Shown piece after piece: positions 28,571 through 43,176 of a DNA stretch of 64,000 bases; within the stretch, counting starts at the first letter, position 1, and each line of letters opens with the position of its first letter. The position numbers and the translations under genes were made by a program. The stretch is from Octopus vulgaris (lineage: Eukaryota). The stretch covers positions 40,176,001 through 40,240,000 of the forward strand of contig OX597814.1 of the NCBI GenBank assembly GCA_951406725.2, in the 5' to 3' direction. Under the pieces are notes generated by a model. The model was not told where the DNA came from. It did no database searches and was given only the letters and a program-made list of their open reading frames with translations.

Positions 28571-29699
28571 AGAAATACAAGTACCCTAAGCTGGCTACCG
28601 CAAAATAAGTTGCTGTGACCAAGGTGGGCTACAGAGAGTTTTCAAAGCAATATGAACAGTTAAGCGAGTTCAGTTACTTTTCAATGGTATATTTCGTTGA
28701 CCGCGTGGTCTGACAGAATGCTGGTGGCGCCTAAGTGTGTTGAAGTAGCAGACATGAAGCCGGTGAGTGTGTGGGCGAGTGTGCTAGTGTGTACGTACTT
28801 ACATATGTAGACGGAAGGTATGAAAGCTTGAATGTGAGGTATTTATTGGGTGCATGGATAACATATGTATGTGCATGTGCATTTGTTAGTGCTTGCAGTT
28901 TTTGCGCAAATATGTTTGCATGAAAGTATGTACACTTTTGCATTTGTGTGTGAATATACGAAAGCGAATATGTACATGTGTGTGTATGCGCGCGTGTGTG
29001 TGTCTGTCTTTATATTTCAAAGGGTGTATGTTGGTGCGTGTATTTGTGTATGTGTGCACGTATATTTCCTTTCGTTGTTTATGCTTGCAGGTATGATATT
29101 TTATAGATGTGTTGTTTACGTGTGTAGATGTGTAACTGAGAATACATATATGTGAAAGTGTCTGTGTCTGTGTGTGTGTGACTGAGCTTATGTATGTCTG
29201 TAAGTGTGTGTATGTATGTGCGTATATATGCTTTTGGTAGTTTATGTGTTCGGGTGCGAAACATGGAAGTTACTGTGACAGATGTGGTATTTGTGAATAC
29301 GGATGTGACGTATGCTTGTGTTGTTACGTGAAAGAATGCATGAGTGTGCGTTGGTGTGTGCGTGTGAGGTGTGAGTGCGTATACGTATGAATGTGAGTGT
29401 ATACACGTGCGTATGTACGTGTGTGCGTGTGGGAGGGCGTTTACGTGCACCCGTGTATGAATGTGCGTATGAGGGAATGTTTCTCTGTGCCTGTGCCTTT
29501 GGGAGGTATATGGGTATTTGGACATAGATTCTTGTGTGTGTATGTGTTTACGTATGGATTACGCATATTTAGAGGAAGAATTGGGGGTTTGCATGGGTTG
29601 AATAATGTTTTGTGGGTCAGTCTTCGTAGTTATTGGTGATTGTGGATTCGGTACTTGGTTGTTGGAAACTTTGTCCTTTCTTGCGGAGACGACCGTGCT

Positions 29700-31080
29700 G
29701 GGGTGCAGCCGATCCTAAGATGATGTGTTTGAGTAGTCAGCAGTCAGTGGTCTGAATTTCACTTGGCGGGCATACAGCTTGCGGTAGCAATATGATTTTT
29801 AATATTTCCTGTTGGTAAATACCGTATGTTGATGGATTATGTGCTGTCTTTCACAGAGTACGGCTGTCAGTTGCGCTGCCCATTGGATAATGTGGTACCT
29901 TGTCGATGACAGTCTATTTGAATATGGCTTTTTCATTCCGCAGGTTTTGGATCCTCCAGAGGAAGCGAGATAAAGAAGTGGGATTCTCCCTATATCTGCA
30001 TCTGAGCGTGCATATTCTGCATTTATCCCACCCCCTTGAAGTTGCTGGCTGTCATGCCCATGTAGTCACTTGTATGATATCGGATGATGTGCGGTTGGCT
30101 CTGGAAATCATAGCCTCTGAAAGAAAAGATCCTCCTAACGGACAGCTAGTGCGGCTTTGAAAGTTACAATTGGGAGTTGAAGGTTGTACAGATGCATATT
30201 TGAATCTGTTTTACAGTGCAATACTGGAAGCGATATTATCTAAGCAAAAATAGCTCACCTTCACTTTATTCAGTTTAAAGAGTTTGTAGAACATGTGTGT
30301 TGATATAGCGAGTGCGTAATCAGCAATAGGAAGCCCCAAACTACATTAGTGAGAACTCTCAAATTGTATGTCGGATTGAACCAGTTTATATTTCTGTCCC
30401 TGATGCCCTTCGGATGAAAAGTAACGAATTGTGGGTCCTCCAGTTATCTTAAATTATCGGTAAATTTACTCCTAGCCAATTAATCATCGTTTGGGGAGGG
30501 GGGCTCTGTGAAAGATCTATCTATCGACTGGCAGCTTGGACAGTTTTCTACTAAAACATGTAACTAAGATTCTAATTACAGAGTTGGGTGGCTAGAACTT
30601 CGTTGAATGTGTACAGTTTCCTCGTTGGATTTCCTGTAGCGCTTGATCTTGCTCGTATTCAATTTTAGGATAACGCTACGGCAGTCGACCATAGTCATAT
30701 TTGGAGTAGTTGCTGAGGACGGGCCATATTCATTGAGTATATTTTATTAGATCTTTCCTAATCTTGTTCATGCCTTGGCCGTTCATATAGCTAGTGAGCA
30801 CCAGTCCATCATCTTTATAAATGGCCGACCTAAGTGAATGTGTACGTTTGAGGGTATCCCAGACAAATACCTCGAAGAGGTCGTCAATTTCGGACCGGTG
30901 GTAGCTCTTTATAGAAACATCGGAGAGTGGATCGCCATCTTTCCTCGCCCAAATGGAATTCTCATGAACATTCTATAGTTCATGATGATTCTGATATCAA
31001 GATCTTAGTGAATCCTGACATCAAGATATTAGTGAATTTCTTAGCAAAATAGAGGGCCTTCGGAAGGAGGGATTACAACA
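29700..31080 (-). mobile_element. Decayed Penelope-like element (RT plus GIY-YIG)
   Basis: AIYKDDGL (30801-30825), KIRKDLIK, YRKSNEETVHIQRSSSHP, CNFQSRTSCPLGG, YMGMTASNFK; followed on the same strand by a CA-rich degenerate microsatellite at about 28735-29600. Confidence 0.85.
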
Positions 31081-31313
31081 TAACAGGATAAAAGCATACG
31101 ATGAAACACTGTGTTGAACTGCAAAAGATACTAAAGATACAAAAGAACCAACCGATTAAAACGTTCACAAAATTACACTAGAATACATCACACCTATAAC
31201 TTGAAGTCTACATCTTTCACACCCGCTTACCTCTGTCACACCCGTACACATAAATGACAAAAGCATATTTACATACATATATACACGTACGCACACACAC
31301 AGACTCGCAATTA

Positions 31314-31356
<43 letters not shown>

Positions 31357-32002
31357 AAACATAATTACATGCATGCGCACACTCTGTTTTGCAACTACAT
31401 ATATAAATAGGACATTTGCCACCATAATGCACACGCAAACGAAAATATCAAGCGTGTATATACTCACACACACATTTACCCAAACGTACGCGCATCCATA
31501 TGTGCACACTTAATGCTCTCGCCCGTACAAGCATCCGTATCAGTCACTAATGCACTCGCACTCGCTTACACATGCATACATAAGCACACACTTATCCAAA
31601 CATGCAATAATACATTCACATTCTCGCATTCATACGTTCCCTGTGCGTGTGTGTATGTGTGTGTATGTGTATGTGCCTGCGTGCATGTGTGTGTGTGTGT
31701 GTGTGTGGATGCACGCACACAAGCACATTTAGACACTCAACGACCACATCTCTGCTACACACACAAATCTAGCCGCTACCGGGCAAGCCATGCGATGTAA
31801 GAGGTTCCATTTTTTAAAAAAACTGCTCACATTGTGCAAATGATATTCCTTTCGCAACTAATAACAGTCTATTTTCCAGTAATCATCTTCCACCTCTTAT
31901 ATGGCTCCAACTGATAGATTAAAGTCTATAAGAGACTGGCTTCTGTTAGAAGATTTATATCGGACGATGATGAATGAAACCGATTGAAGTCATAATACTA
32001 AT

Positions 32003-32347
<345 letters not shown>

Positions 32348-32719
32348 GTAAAAATAATAATAATAACAAGTGTAGTCACAGAGCGCAAACATCCGGAAAG
32401 GCAACACCAACGCCTTCTCAACGATTAGCAAGAGATGATTTTTAAAATAAGAATATATGACATAAACTAGATGAAACCCTAAGAACCCGAGAAATAAGTC
32501 TGAAACAATAAAAACGTTAATGAAGACGTGCTATCTCTCCTGGATCGGAGGCAAGGGAAACCCTTATAGTCTCGGAGAGGAGTAACTAGTAAATGGAGAG
32601 ATCTAACTTTCCAGTAAGTTACGCTTGAAGTGAATACATTTAGAAAAAAATGGCTGTTTTATGCGCTAGTTTTTTCTATAGAACTTAAGAATTTTGGCGA
32701 TACAGATCTTAGAACAGCC

Positions 32720-32990
32720 ACTTTCAATAATATACGGTGTGTGAATAGGGCCACATCCCATGTGTGTACATATTATGGTTCTGCGAGTACTATGTTCAAG
32801 CGACGTTTTCTTAACCACCATTCATTCTCAGAGTCGCAGGAAGACGGTTTGTCACGTCCCAGGTCCGCCATTTATGGCACCTCAAAGATCATGGGAGCTC
32901 ATGTGACATCTTGTGGAAATTAATTGATTATCCGAACCCAGTAGGTAAGAGAAGGGGTTATTATCTCTGGGCGTGGCAATTGTTCTGGCG
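32720..32990 (+). mobile_element. PLE GIY-YIG endonuclease fragment
   Basis: RCV..TYYGSASTMFKRRFLNHH..RHLWHLKD..DILWKLID. Confidence 0.75.
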
Positions 32991-34260
32991 TGAGAATTTG
33001 ACAATCTGCTAAAAATATTGCTCTTTTATGGTACATTACTGTTATTGCGGATATCAGATTTAGGTATCACCATTTTTCGGTAAAATTTCAGCCTCACATC
33101 GACCTCCTACTGGACAGTTATTATATACTATGCAAGAGCAACCTGCCTTATCCCTTGAACTGTGGGTACTTGTTAACATGCTTCTTTTAATGTTAGGTGC
33201 ACAATTAAAGGAGTCTGTTAGGTTGTCTCTGTTAAGTAAATGCTTGTATTTATGTGTGAGTGAAAGGTCTGAAATCTAACGAAATATTTTCTACACAAGT
33301 CTTGATGCTGAGTGAGAGGGGCGGAGCAAACTGAACGACATTTGTGCGATGCTTCCTTTTCCTGGAGTAAAAATATATAGTGGTTGCATGTATTTAGATA
33401 ACGGGTGAGATTATCTCTGAGACAGTCGAAATTTACAAACCATGGCTGGTAAAATTTATTTTCCGCAAATCAATTTTTTTTTATTTATTATCACAACAGG
33501 GAATATGTTGCAACCCATTCTGATAATAATAAACATGCATTGATTACCTAGAAAGTTTTTAATATATATATGTACTATTTTATTTCAGAGACAACAATTA
33601 TATTAAAAAATATTGAATTTGAGAGCAAAATTCAATTTAAATAATCCATCAGAATATGTAAAAATGTGTTATTCTGAATTGTTTGTCTGCAAGGTGTGAA
33701 TTGTATGTAGGCACGCAGAATTTTGTGTGTGTTTGCGTTTGTGAATTTCACATGTATATGTACATATTGCGGTAAAATTTCTTCAGAAAGTAAAAGGCTA
33801 TTTTGTCAATTTTTCACTCGGCAAGGAAACGCTTGAAGGCATTGTTCCTACATAGATGTAATCTTTCTTCCAACACTTCTCCCATTATACCTCAATGTTC
33901 TCCAATTTTTTTCCAATCTTTACGATTGCCTCAACTGATAAAACCGAAGGAAAATATGTATTCTGTAATTAATGAAGATACAGAGGTACTAAACCATCAT
34001 ATTACTGACAATTTTATGAAGAAATACAACCGATTCATTTGAAAAGAGAATGCTAAATAATTTCCGAGCGATAAACTGAACAGGACCTAGATCTCTGATA
34101 TATCAACAACAAAAAGAGACAATAAGATCAGCCGTCGTATTAATACTGTTATTACTATTAGTAGTATTAATATAAGTAGTAGACGTACCACTACCCCTGG
34201 AATGTTATATATATTTTCAACAATTACAAGAAAGAAATGTGAATCTAATAATAAAACGAA

Positions 34261-34655
34261 ACGTGGTTGTGTGGTAAGTAGCTTGCTAATCAACCACATG
34301 GTTCCGGGTTCAGTCCCACTGCGTGGCCTCTTGGGCAAGTGTCTTCTGTTACAGCCTCGGGCCAACCAAAGCCTTGTGAGTGGATTTGGTAGAGGGAAAC
34401 TGAAAGAAGCCTGTCGTATATATGTATATATATATATGTATGTATGTGTATGTGTTTGTGTGTCTGAGTTTGTACCCCTAGCATTGCTTGACAACCGATG
34501 CTGGTGTGTTTACGTCCCCGTCACTTAGCGGTTCGGCAAAATATACCGATTAAATAAGTACTGGGCTTACAAAAAATAAGTCCCGGGGTCGATTTGCTCG
34601 ACTAAAGGCGGTGCTCCAGCATGGCCGCAGTCAAATGACTGAAACATGTAAAAGC
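34261..34655 (+). mobile_element. SINE family A full copy
   Basis: Head, internal (TA/TG)n and tail as at 2731-3213. Confidence 0.92.
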
Positions 34656-36394
34656 AAACTGAAAGCAACACATTCAATTATCAGCAGCCAATAAAGCCAA
34701 ATCATATGAGCCCTTCGATAAATCAATCAGTAGCAAAATCCCAGCCAGGTGAGAAAGGACGTATATTGAAATATTTTACATATGATCATCTTATCAAATA
34801 CAATTACAAACCATAAATCAATATAAATTGTTTCTCAGAAACGGCGTCTTAGCGTTGAAATAAATATTTCATTAGAAGAAGGCTTTCAACAAAAAGAGCC
34901 TGCATTGAATTGTTGTACTTACATTGCATATCACCAAAATCACACAAGTTTGTAGAAGACGATGATTTACGTAGTTATAAATAGTTATGGCATTTCAATA
35001 CAAAATTACATGTGAATGTACGGAGATCTATAAATAAAACTAGGCAATAAAAAATCTCTAAAATTGAAGTACATCAGTTTAAAAATTAAGCACATCGAAA
35101 ATGAAGTTACGGAAATAATAAATGCAAGCATGAAATGAAGCTTACTGCAAATCAATAAGTCGAGGCAGAAAAGACGAATTAGAAAGCACATAACCATCCA
35201 CAAATCGAAATTAAAAAAGAAAGGGAAGCTATATATGTGCGTTCACACTTATTGAAATAAATACGGATTTCAATCCAAACGTAAAAATAACTTTACATTA
35301 TATATGTGACATATAGAATGTTTGGACATTATATATGTGACATATAGAATCTTTGGACCAAATCTGCATGGACAAGTAAAGTATGTCTAGAAGCAAAAAT
35401 TAATATTAAAAGAATAATGACACTCAATGCAACAGGCATACTAGTTGTGCTAATGATAATAACATCTAGGAGTATTTAATCATCTGTAAGGAAACTGAAA
35501 TAGAAGAGACTAAACTGGAATCAAGTAAACTGATTCGCTGTAAGCAGTTGAAATATTTAAATAAAAAGGAGGCATTTCTACAAAAAGAATAAATAAAGGT
35601 TACACAGGCATATATTTAATTATGTTTAAGTATCCAACTTCTTAGGAATAGTATAATTTAATCTACAGTGTAACTCAGATAATTTTGAGGCATCAGGAAA
35701 ATGAAATAGATTTCTAGTGAACACCAAAATGCAAAGAACATATTCAACACAAAATGGAATCCCATTGCTTGGTATGTACATATTGCATCTACATAAAAAC
35801 AAAAGCATGGTTTCAATTAAAAAATAATACCATTTAAGCTATTACATGTTGGATGCATCAGAGAATATCAAAAGAAATCTACCAGCAAAAAGAATAAAAC
35901 AGTTCGGAATAAGTTTTATTGAAATGCGCGCGTGCTCTTTCCAGGGAAATTTGGTAATTAAATCAAATAAAAGAAAATACATAAGTATTAAAGGGAACAA
36001 CAGGGGTCCCACCAGTATCAATAACAATCTAAACCTACTAAGAAGGCATATGGAACAACTCCATTACGTGCTCTACAAAAGCACATTGGATCAGATATAA
36101 AGTTGAAAAAATATAATATAACACCATTCCCAGCAAATAATCTCCTAAAATATTAGGAAGCGAGAACAACGGTAATGCATACAATACTGGTTAAATCAAT
36201 ATAACTGCTTATATAATAGTAACTTTTAATGAAATAGTAAGTAGACACATGAAATAGTAAGACGTTATCTACATTTTGGAAGGAATAAACGTATTAATAT
36301 ACCGCGCATCCTAAAATATCGTCTATAACAACTTAACAATCAATCTAAAAATAACTCATATCTATACTGTAGAAATTGATTATTAATATGTGTA

Positions 36395-36612
36395 ATAATC
36401 CTTTCTAATATAGTCACATGGCCTGAAATTTTGGGGGAATAGTCTAGTCGATTATATCGACCCCCAGCTTTCACTGGTGCTTGATTTATCGACCTCAAAA
36501 TTATGAAAGGCAAGTTGACATGGCCAAATTTGAAATCGGAACGCAGCGACGGGCGAAATACCGCTAACAATTTTGTCCAAGAATGTGAAGATTTTGCCAG
36601 CTCACCGCCTTA
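36395..36612 (-). mobile_element. SINE family B copy, diverged
   Basis: atgaaaggcaagttgac, gggcgaaataccgctaa, gccagctcaccgcct. Confidence 0.8.
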
Positions 36613-38536
36613 TTAACTTATATAATAATAGCATATTATCATGGTAAATATGTATATCAATATAGGGAAGATGCCCTGTGAAGATAGCTTTTAAAGAAGA
36701 CTATAAATAGAGGCAAAAATCTTATTTAGGTTTGCATTCAATATCATGTACGTGAAAATATATTTTAGCATAAACAGTTTGAATTGGTTGCTTCAGAAAC
36801 CAGTAAAAGTTAACTGCTTTGTTTTCTAAAGATCTTCAGTTAACTTGACTCTCCATTTATTTTGGTGAAGCGGAATTTGGCAAGTAGAACCGCAATTGCT
36901 GTTATACTTGCTTGTGTTGGCTTATTTTCGTCAGTACATAAGAATCTGCAGCATTCTGAAGGAGAAAATGAGAAAGAGAAATCCAAGGAAGATTTAGACT
37001 GAAAATCAAATATGTCTATGCTACTTAATAGAATAGATAACAAAATAGAAATAAATACACTAGATACTACAGCTATAAACATAATAATGTAATTGTATAG
37101 CGAATTGCAGATTGTAAACATATAAAAGTTACGGAAAACATCTAACATTATTCTGAAAGCTCTTCCCCCAGCTTTATTTGCAAAAATAAGTTTACCCTTT
37201 GCAGAGAAAACGTGGGATCTTGTAGAAATAGAAAAAATGATACAAAGGATAACAATGGATACTACAACAGATTATCGGTAAATAAACAGATGTGACTTAC
37301 TGTGATAAAATAGCATACAGGTAGACAAAAATATACTGTTAAAGTTTATATTATTATAAAATAATAGAACAACGCAGAATGCATTATTGTAAATACAATT
37401 ATCACTATCAACAATAGTTCCCTCAACAGTATCGCGCCACCAACATTATACGCCTCCTCCACCTCCTCCTTATTATTATTATCATCACACCAAATCAAGA
37501 ATGCAATAGTAAATTTTGATTTCCTTATCTTCTAGAGGACCACGAATGTTGTGAAATACATAGCATAGTAAAAGTGACCTCAGTACTCGACTGGTATAAT
37601 ATTTTATCAAGCACGATATGCTGAGAAGCTATAGCTGGTAATAAATTCATAACATATATTTTAGAGTAAAGACTATTGAAAAGGTTGCAAGACGCAACGA
37701 AAATTTTAGGAAATTAAAAAAAAAGATAGAAGTGGAAATTTTACCGGTGAGGGTGTAACATTTTAAGGCACAAAAAGAAAATGACTCCCCAGACACAACA
37801 GAATATATTTTATTGCTTAGTAAATTTTGTTTACTATGCGTATTCATGTCTTATAGTAGTGATATAATATGGCCGCCAAAATCGATGAAATAACTGCCCA
37901 TAATTTACTCTACTCAGCAAAGTTTCACACATTGAGAGACTCCTCAACAAGACTTACAGGCATGCACTGACACACACTCACTGGTACACACTCGCGTAAG
38001 TGCAAAAACTCATACTACCACCTCCACAATTTCTTTCATATTTCGTCCCCCATACCAACAGCGCTATGCTGTTGTCTTACTATACGCTAACTAAATTGCC
38101 TGAGATATAGGAACGTTGCATTTTTTTAATTATCTCTGTCGTTCTCTCAGAAATTCTCGCCTTCCCGTAAATATAGTAATTTTAATCTAAGAGACACAGT
38201 TCTCGGAAACATGAGTTTGCGAATCGTTAGAAAAGGAATCAGAAGAAAGTAGCTGTTTCAGTGATCGCATAATTAATCAAGCAATCGATCGGATAAATAA
38301 TTTGTATGTTCCTGCAGTAATACTCTAGTCCAAATTAAATAAAAGTAGTTAAATAAAAATATTAATAATGAGGAATTCGAACAAATGATGACTACTGACA
38401 TAATAACCCCACCACGACCACCAAGATAACATAGAATTTGTTTTAACATACGATTTCATATCCACAATCTTCGAATTCAAGTATTAAACCGAAACAAATT
38501 CTATCGTACAGGAATTTATATATGTATATATGATAG

Positions 38537-38776
38537 ATGCGCCCTGTTAAAGCCTAGCCAGTCTCATGGGCCCGGTTTTCCGGTTTCAATGGCGCATATC
38601 TTTTCCAGCTGGACTGAACACCAGTCCATCGCAGCGTTACACATTTTTGCCAGCTGAGTGGACTGGAGCAACGTGAAATGAAGTCTTTTGCTCAAGAACA
38701 CAATGCGTCGCCCGGTCCAGGAAACGAAACCGCAATCTTACGATCATGATGCTGAGACCCTAACCCCTAAGCCACC
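38537..38776 (-). mobile_element. tRNA-derived SINE family C
   Basis: Minus strand gtggcttagggg (A box) .. ggtttcgtttcc (B box) .. gtgttcttgagcaa..cttcatttcacgttgctcc; homologous to 54751-54870. Confidence 0.8.
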
Positions 38777-38823
<47 letters not shown>

Positions 38824-38899
38824 GATATGTGTACAAATATATACATGTCTGTATATGTGCGTACGTGCACACATACATGTATAAATACTACTGCGAATC

Positions 38900-41300
38900 A
38901 GTCTTTGTATACAGCAAGTGTAAATACCTGTCTGTGATTGGGATCTACAATCCGCCACAAATACCCTTACATTATTTCCAAGAGTGCCTCGACATCAAAA
39001 CTTTCCTCCTGCAATGTAATACAGAAAATATTCTGATGATGGGCACCTTCTACCTACTCTCTGTAGATTGATCCACTAGTATTGCTAGACTAAGTACCTT
39101 CACTTCAAGCTCAGAAAAAGCAGCAGTAGAGTTAATTTTTGAAATGTATGGGTAACTTTTTCCTGTAACAACACATCCATGAACCAAATAGAAACAACTA
39201 AATTGTCTTGGACCGAGTGCTAAGCAACAATGCTAACACTATTCAATAACATCACAGTGGAAAGAACCATCTTGTTCGATCATGATATAGTACTGTGTAA
39301 ACTCAATTTTCAGCATCCAAACATTTGGCATAAACCACTCACTCCAGTGCACCCATTTGATAATATGAAGTTACAGAAGTCAAACGGGAGTGTGATCACT
39401 CAGGACTTATCGCAAGTAGGCTGGTCCTTCACACTTGCTTCCTCTAATATCACATCAAATAGAAACGTATGGCATCTATTTGATGACACAGTCACCCACA
39501 TATGCTCAAAAACACACACACACACACACTACTCATAAATAACATTACATGCAGGATTCGAAAACAAAGAATAGCGCTCATCAGGGGAATAAAAAGGAAA
39601 AAACCGAAAGATCAATACTTTAAATTAACACCATCAGCATAACCTCCAATCGAGAACCTTAGCACTCTTGGAATCAAAGAAACAACAATGGCAGGACTGT
39701 ATGACAACCCTCATAAACGACCGTAGAGCTGCAGAGGAAGCCTGGGTTATTAAAAACATGACTAATAACGCCATGGTCATTTGCTCCTTTGCAAAAACAC
39801 ATAGGACCACAATTTCCTCTGTCAGCCAACTGGTTGACTGAAACAGTATCCTTCACAGTGAAGACAATGACATGACTGAAATCCTGCAATGTCAATGCTG
39901 TTCTGTTTTCATTGACCCTGATTCAGTTGACTCAAGCAGCTTTGCTTCTATGAATCCATAACATGTCTTTTTCGACATGAACTTCGACACCACTGACATC
40001 CTAGCAGCAATATAAGAAATCAAACCTGATACAGCAGCGGGTCCGGACAGGTTCCCTGCTATAGTATTGAAGGAATGCAGATAGCAATTTTCAGTTCCTC
40101 TTGCAAATCTCTTGAGGAAATCACTAGATGTCAGTTTTATCCCCAAAAAACCTCTCCTAGTCAGATAAAAACCTTCACAAAAACCTTCTCTCCTGTCTTT
40201 AAAAAGAGTAATAAATCGCACCCTGTAAACTACTGTCCAATATCACTCACGTCACATATCATCAAAGTATTTGAGAGAGTGCTGAGATCAAGAATAACAG
40301 ATCCAAATTGCAATCAGCATGGTTTTCGTGGTGGGAGCGACTGTATAACACAGATCATCCGCCACTTTGATGACATATTAAATGCACTAAGTGAGGGCTC
40401 CGTCGCGGATGTCATATACCTTGAATTTAGCAAGGCCTTTAGCAGAGTCAACCACATTAAACTTTTAAGTGGAAAGCTACTTCAATGGATTAGGTACATC
40501 CTAAGAAACAGAACCCAGCATGTTGTGGTTGATGACATCCACTCAAGACCTGCAAAAGTCAACAGCGGAGTCCCGCAGGGTACGGTGCTGGGTCCACTTT
40601 TTATTATCTATATGAATGACATTGTAGATTCCATTAAACATAGCACCATTAAATATTTGCACATGACTCTCAGCTCCAGAAAGTCATTAAGGGAGTATAT
40701 GATCGTACGATGCTTCAATCGGACATATGGGCAGTAAACCAGTGAGCACGAAAAAATGATATGCAGTTGGACGAAGAAAAAACTTAGCTCGTCCACTTTG
40801 GAAAAGAGGGCACACTCAAACAACCATACACACTACCGTGGAGAGACTTGCTTGAAACTTCGGATAATATCAGAGACGTAGTAACTGTCGACAGCAACCT
40901 TAGCTGGAGTATGAACATCAGTAAGTCGATGTGGCCCGCAAAATGTACTAATGGATCATCAGAACTTTTCAATCTAGGGATCATGAAACCATCTTCCTTT
41001 TCTTCTCCACATTCACTAGGCCCCCACCTCGAATACTGCTGCCCATTATGCTCCCCTTACAAAAAAAAAAGACATAATATAGGTTGAACCACCACAAAGA
41101 TCGATCACTCAAATAATACATGGCATGATAGGACTTGATTATTGGGCTCGGCTTAAACAGAAACCATTCTCTACAACGCCGTCATGAGCAATACATTATT
41201 TGCACTATGTGGAAAATATTTCACCAATAATATCGTAAAGATATCGATATTATGTTCAGAATTCACGTAAGGCTAGGACCCCGTGCAATGCGTCCCCGTT
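38900..41300 (+). mobile_element. Decayed CR1-group LINE (APE remnant plus RT)
   Basis: VIGIYNPP, AAGPDRFPAIVLKEC, NYCPISLTSHIIKVFERVL, QHGFR, VIYLEFSKAF, SGVPQGTVLGPLF, PHLEYCCPL. Confidence 0.92.
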
Positions 41301-42449
41301 TTACTAAGGAGGGATTGTTTAGGAAGGGTGAATTTAAGCAGTGCTTCAAATTTTTGTTTACTTTTAAATACACGTTATGTTTACAGTGGTGGGTTTCAAA
41401 CAAAAAAACTGTATCCACCTATCTAATCCTGGACAAAATAGCATGTATCTTCGAAGGCAAAACTTGAAGTCTATGACTTATTTCTCTTTTATATACCTAG
41501 TCCATTTTAATAAATTGTATTCCTCTTACGTTCTAACTTTTGCTCCTATTCTCATTAAGCCCTTAACAAGAAAAATATACTGTACCTATTGGTAACTGTC
41601 TATTGTATGCATCGGCTATCCTAACCATTTAGACCCTCTAAAGAAGCCTTGAGGCACACTCAACATCCAAACTCTATCTACCCATTTCTGCAGAACACTG
41701 CAGAGATGGAGATAGCATGGAGAATATCGTGGCCTCTTAGCAAAAATGGCCGTAAAGAACTGATATTTTAATATTTTACCATTTTACGTATTACTAGTAC
41801 ATATTTGTGTAGCACACAATCTTTGCGTGTGTATGTACTCTTATAATACTTCTTTATGTTTCAGAATAAATAGACCTAATACAATAACTACCGGCTGATG
41901 TATGTCATTTTTTATATCCCCTCCATCTAAAAAAAATTTGGGGCTGTATAAATTAAGGGTAAACCACTTTTTACCCCCGTCCATATATGACACTCGATTG
42001 CGAAATTGCCACGCAATAACCAGCAATTGTGTATAAAATATTGGGTACATAACCAGCAGTATATTTGATAGGTACTATGCCTTCATTGGCTGATTTACGA
42101 ACATCTGTCTCTCTCGGAAATATGTATATATTTGTGTGTGTGTGTGTGTGTAATTGACTTGGGCAGCAGTAAGGAAATATGTATCAAAAAGGAAAAGCAT
42201 AACCGTCATTAAATATGTCTGAGGGGGCTAGAAACACCTACATTGCTAGAAATAAAAGCTAAATGCTCTAACGATACAGTCAAAGTACGTATGGATATAA
42301 TACATCACTGATAACGGTAATTAGAAAGTAAGAAATGTGATAATCGAAAATACAATTTACATTGAATATATGTTCCTGAATATTGCATTCGAATCTCAAA
42401 CAAAATGTTTTCACCGTTTCATTCATATCTTATTATATTATTTTCTAAT

Positions 42450-42642
42450 CTAGGCGCAAGGCCAGAAATTTTTGGGGAAGGGCATTTGATTAGATCCCTC
42501 CAGTACGCAACTGGTACTTAATTTATCGACCTCGAAAGTGAAAGTCGAATTCGGCGGTATGTGAAATCAGAGAGTGAAGACAGACGAAATACCTCTAAGA
42601 ATTTCGCTCAGCGAGCTAATGTTTCTGCCAGCTTGCCGCCTT
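42450..42642 (-). mobile_element. SINE family B copy
   Basis: cagtacgcaactggtacttaatttatcgacc, ctgccagcttgccgcct. Confidence 0.82.
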
Positions 42643-42797
42643 TCATTTCTAATTATTTTATGACAGTAGTGTCTAATATAAGTGTATTACAGAAATTGTA
42701 CTTCAAAGAAATGTGTACAGAAAATTTTCGGTCCAGTTACCAGACAGCAGGAATAAATTTCTTCACCCTAGATTTCCAATAGTAATATATGCATTAG

Positions 42798-43176
42798 TCA
42801 CATTATTTACATTCGACGGATCTTGTTTGTTATAAGCACAACGTTGCGGCAGATATACCCTCCAGCCTTCTTCAAGTGTCTTGAGGACATTTTGAACCTG
42901 GGTTCTCATTCCTAAAGTATTTTTCGATGTTATTATTATTGTTGTTATTGTTGTTCAGGCCACTGCTTGGAATCGATCTCGGAATATTGGTGATAGTAGC
43001 CCGCGCTCTTAACCACTACACCATATGCCGGGCATATGGCGTAGTTGTTAAGAGCGCAAGCTACTAACACCATTCTCCGCGTTCGATTCCAATCAGTGTA
43101 CTGAACAACAACAACAAAAACAACAGCAATGATAACAATAATGATAATAATAACATCGAAAAATACCTTTGGAATG
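42798..43176 (-). mobile_element. tRNA-headed element with hammerhead remnant and inverted 5' duplication
   Basis: Head-to-head arms 42907-43028 and 43031-43176, each with tRNA-like A/B boxes; minus-strand cttgaagaaggctg..ctgccgcaacgtt at 42836-42879. Confidence 0.7.

Noticed and set aside
43031-43100. Genuine tRNA gene
   Set aside because: A/B boxes are present but I could not fold a complete cloverleaf; it is part of a repeat.
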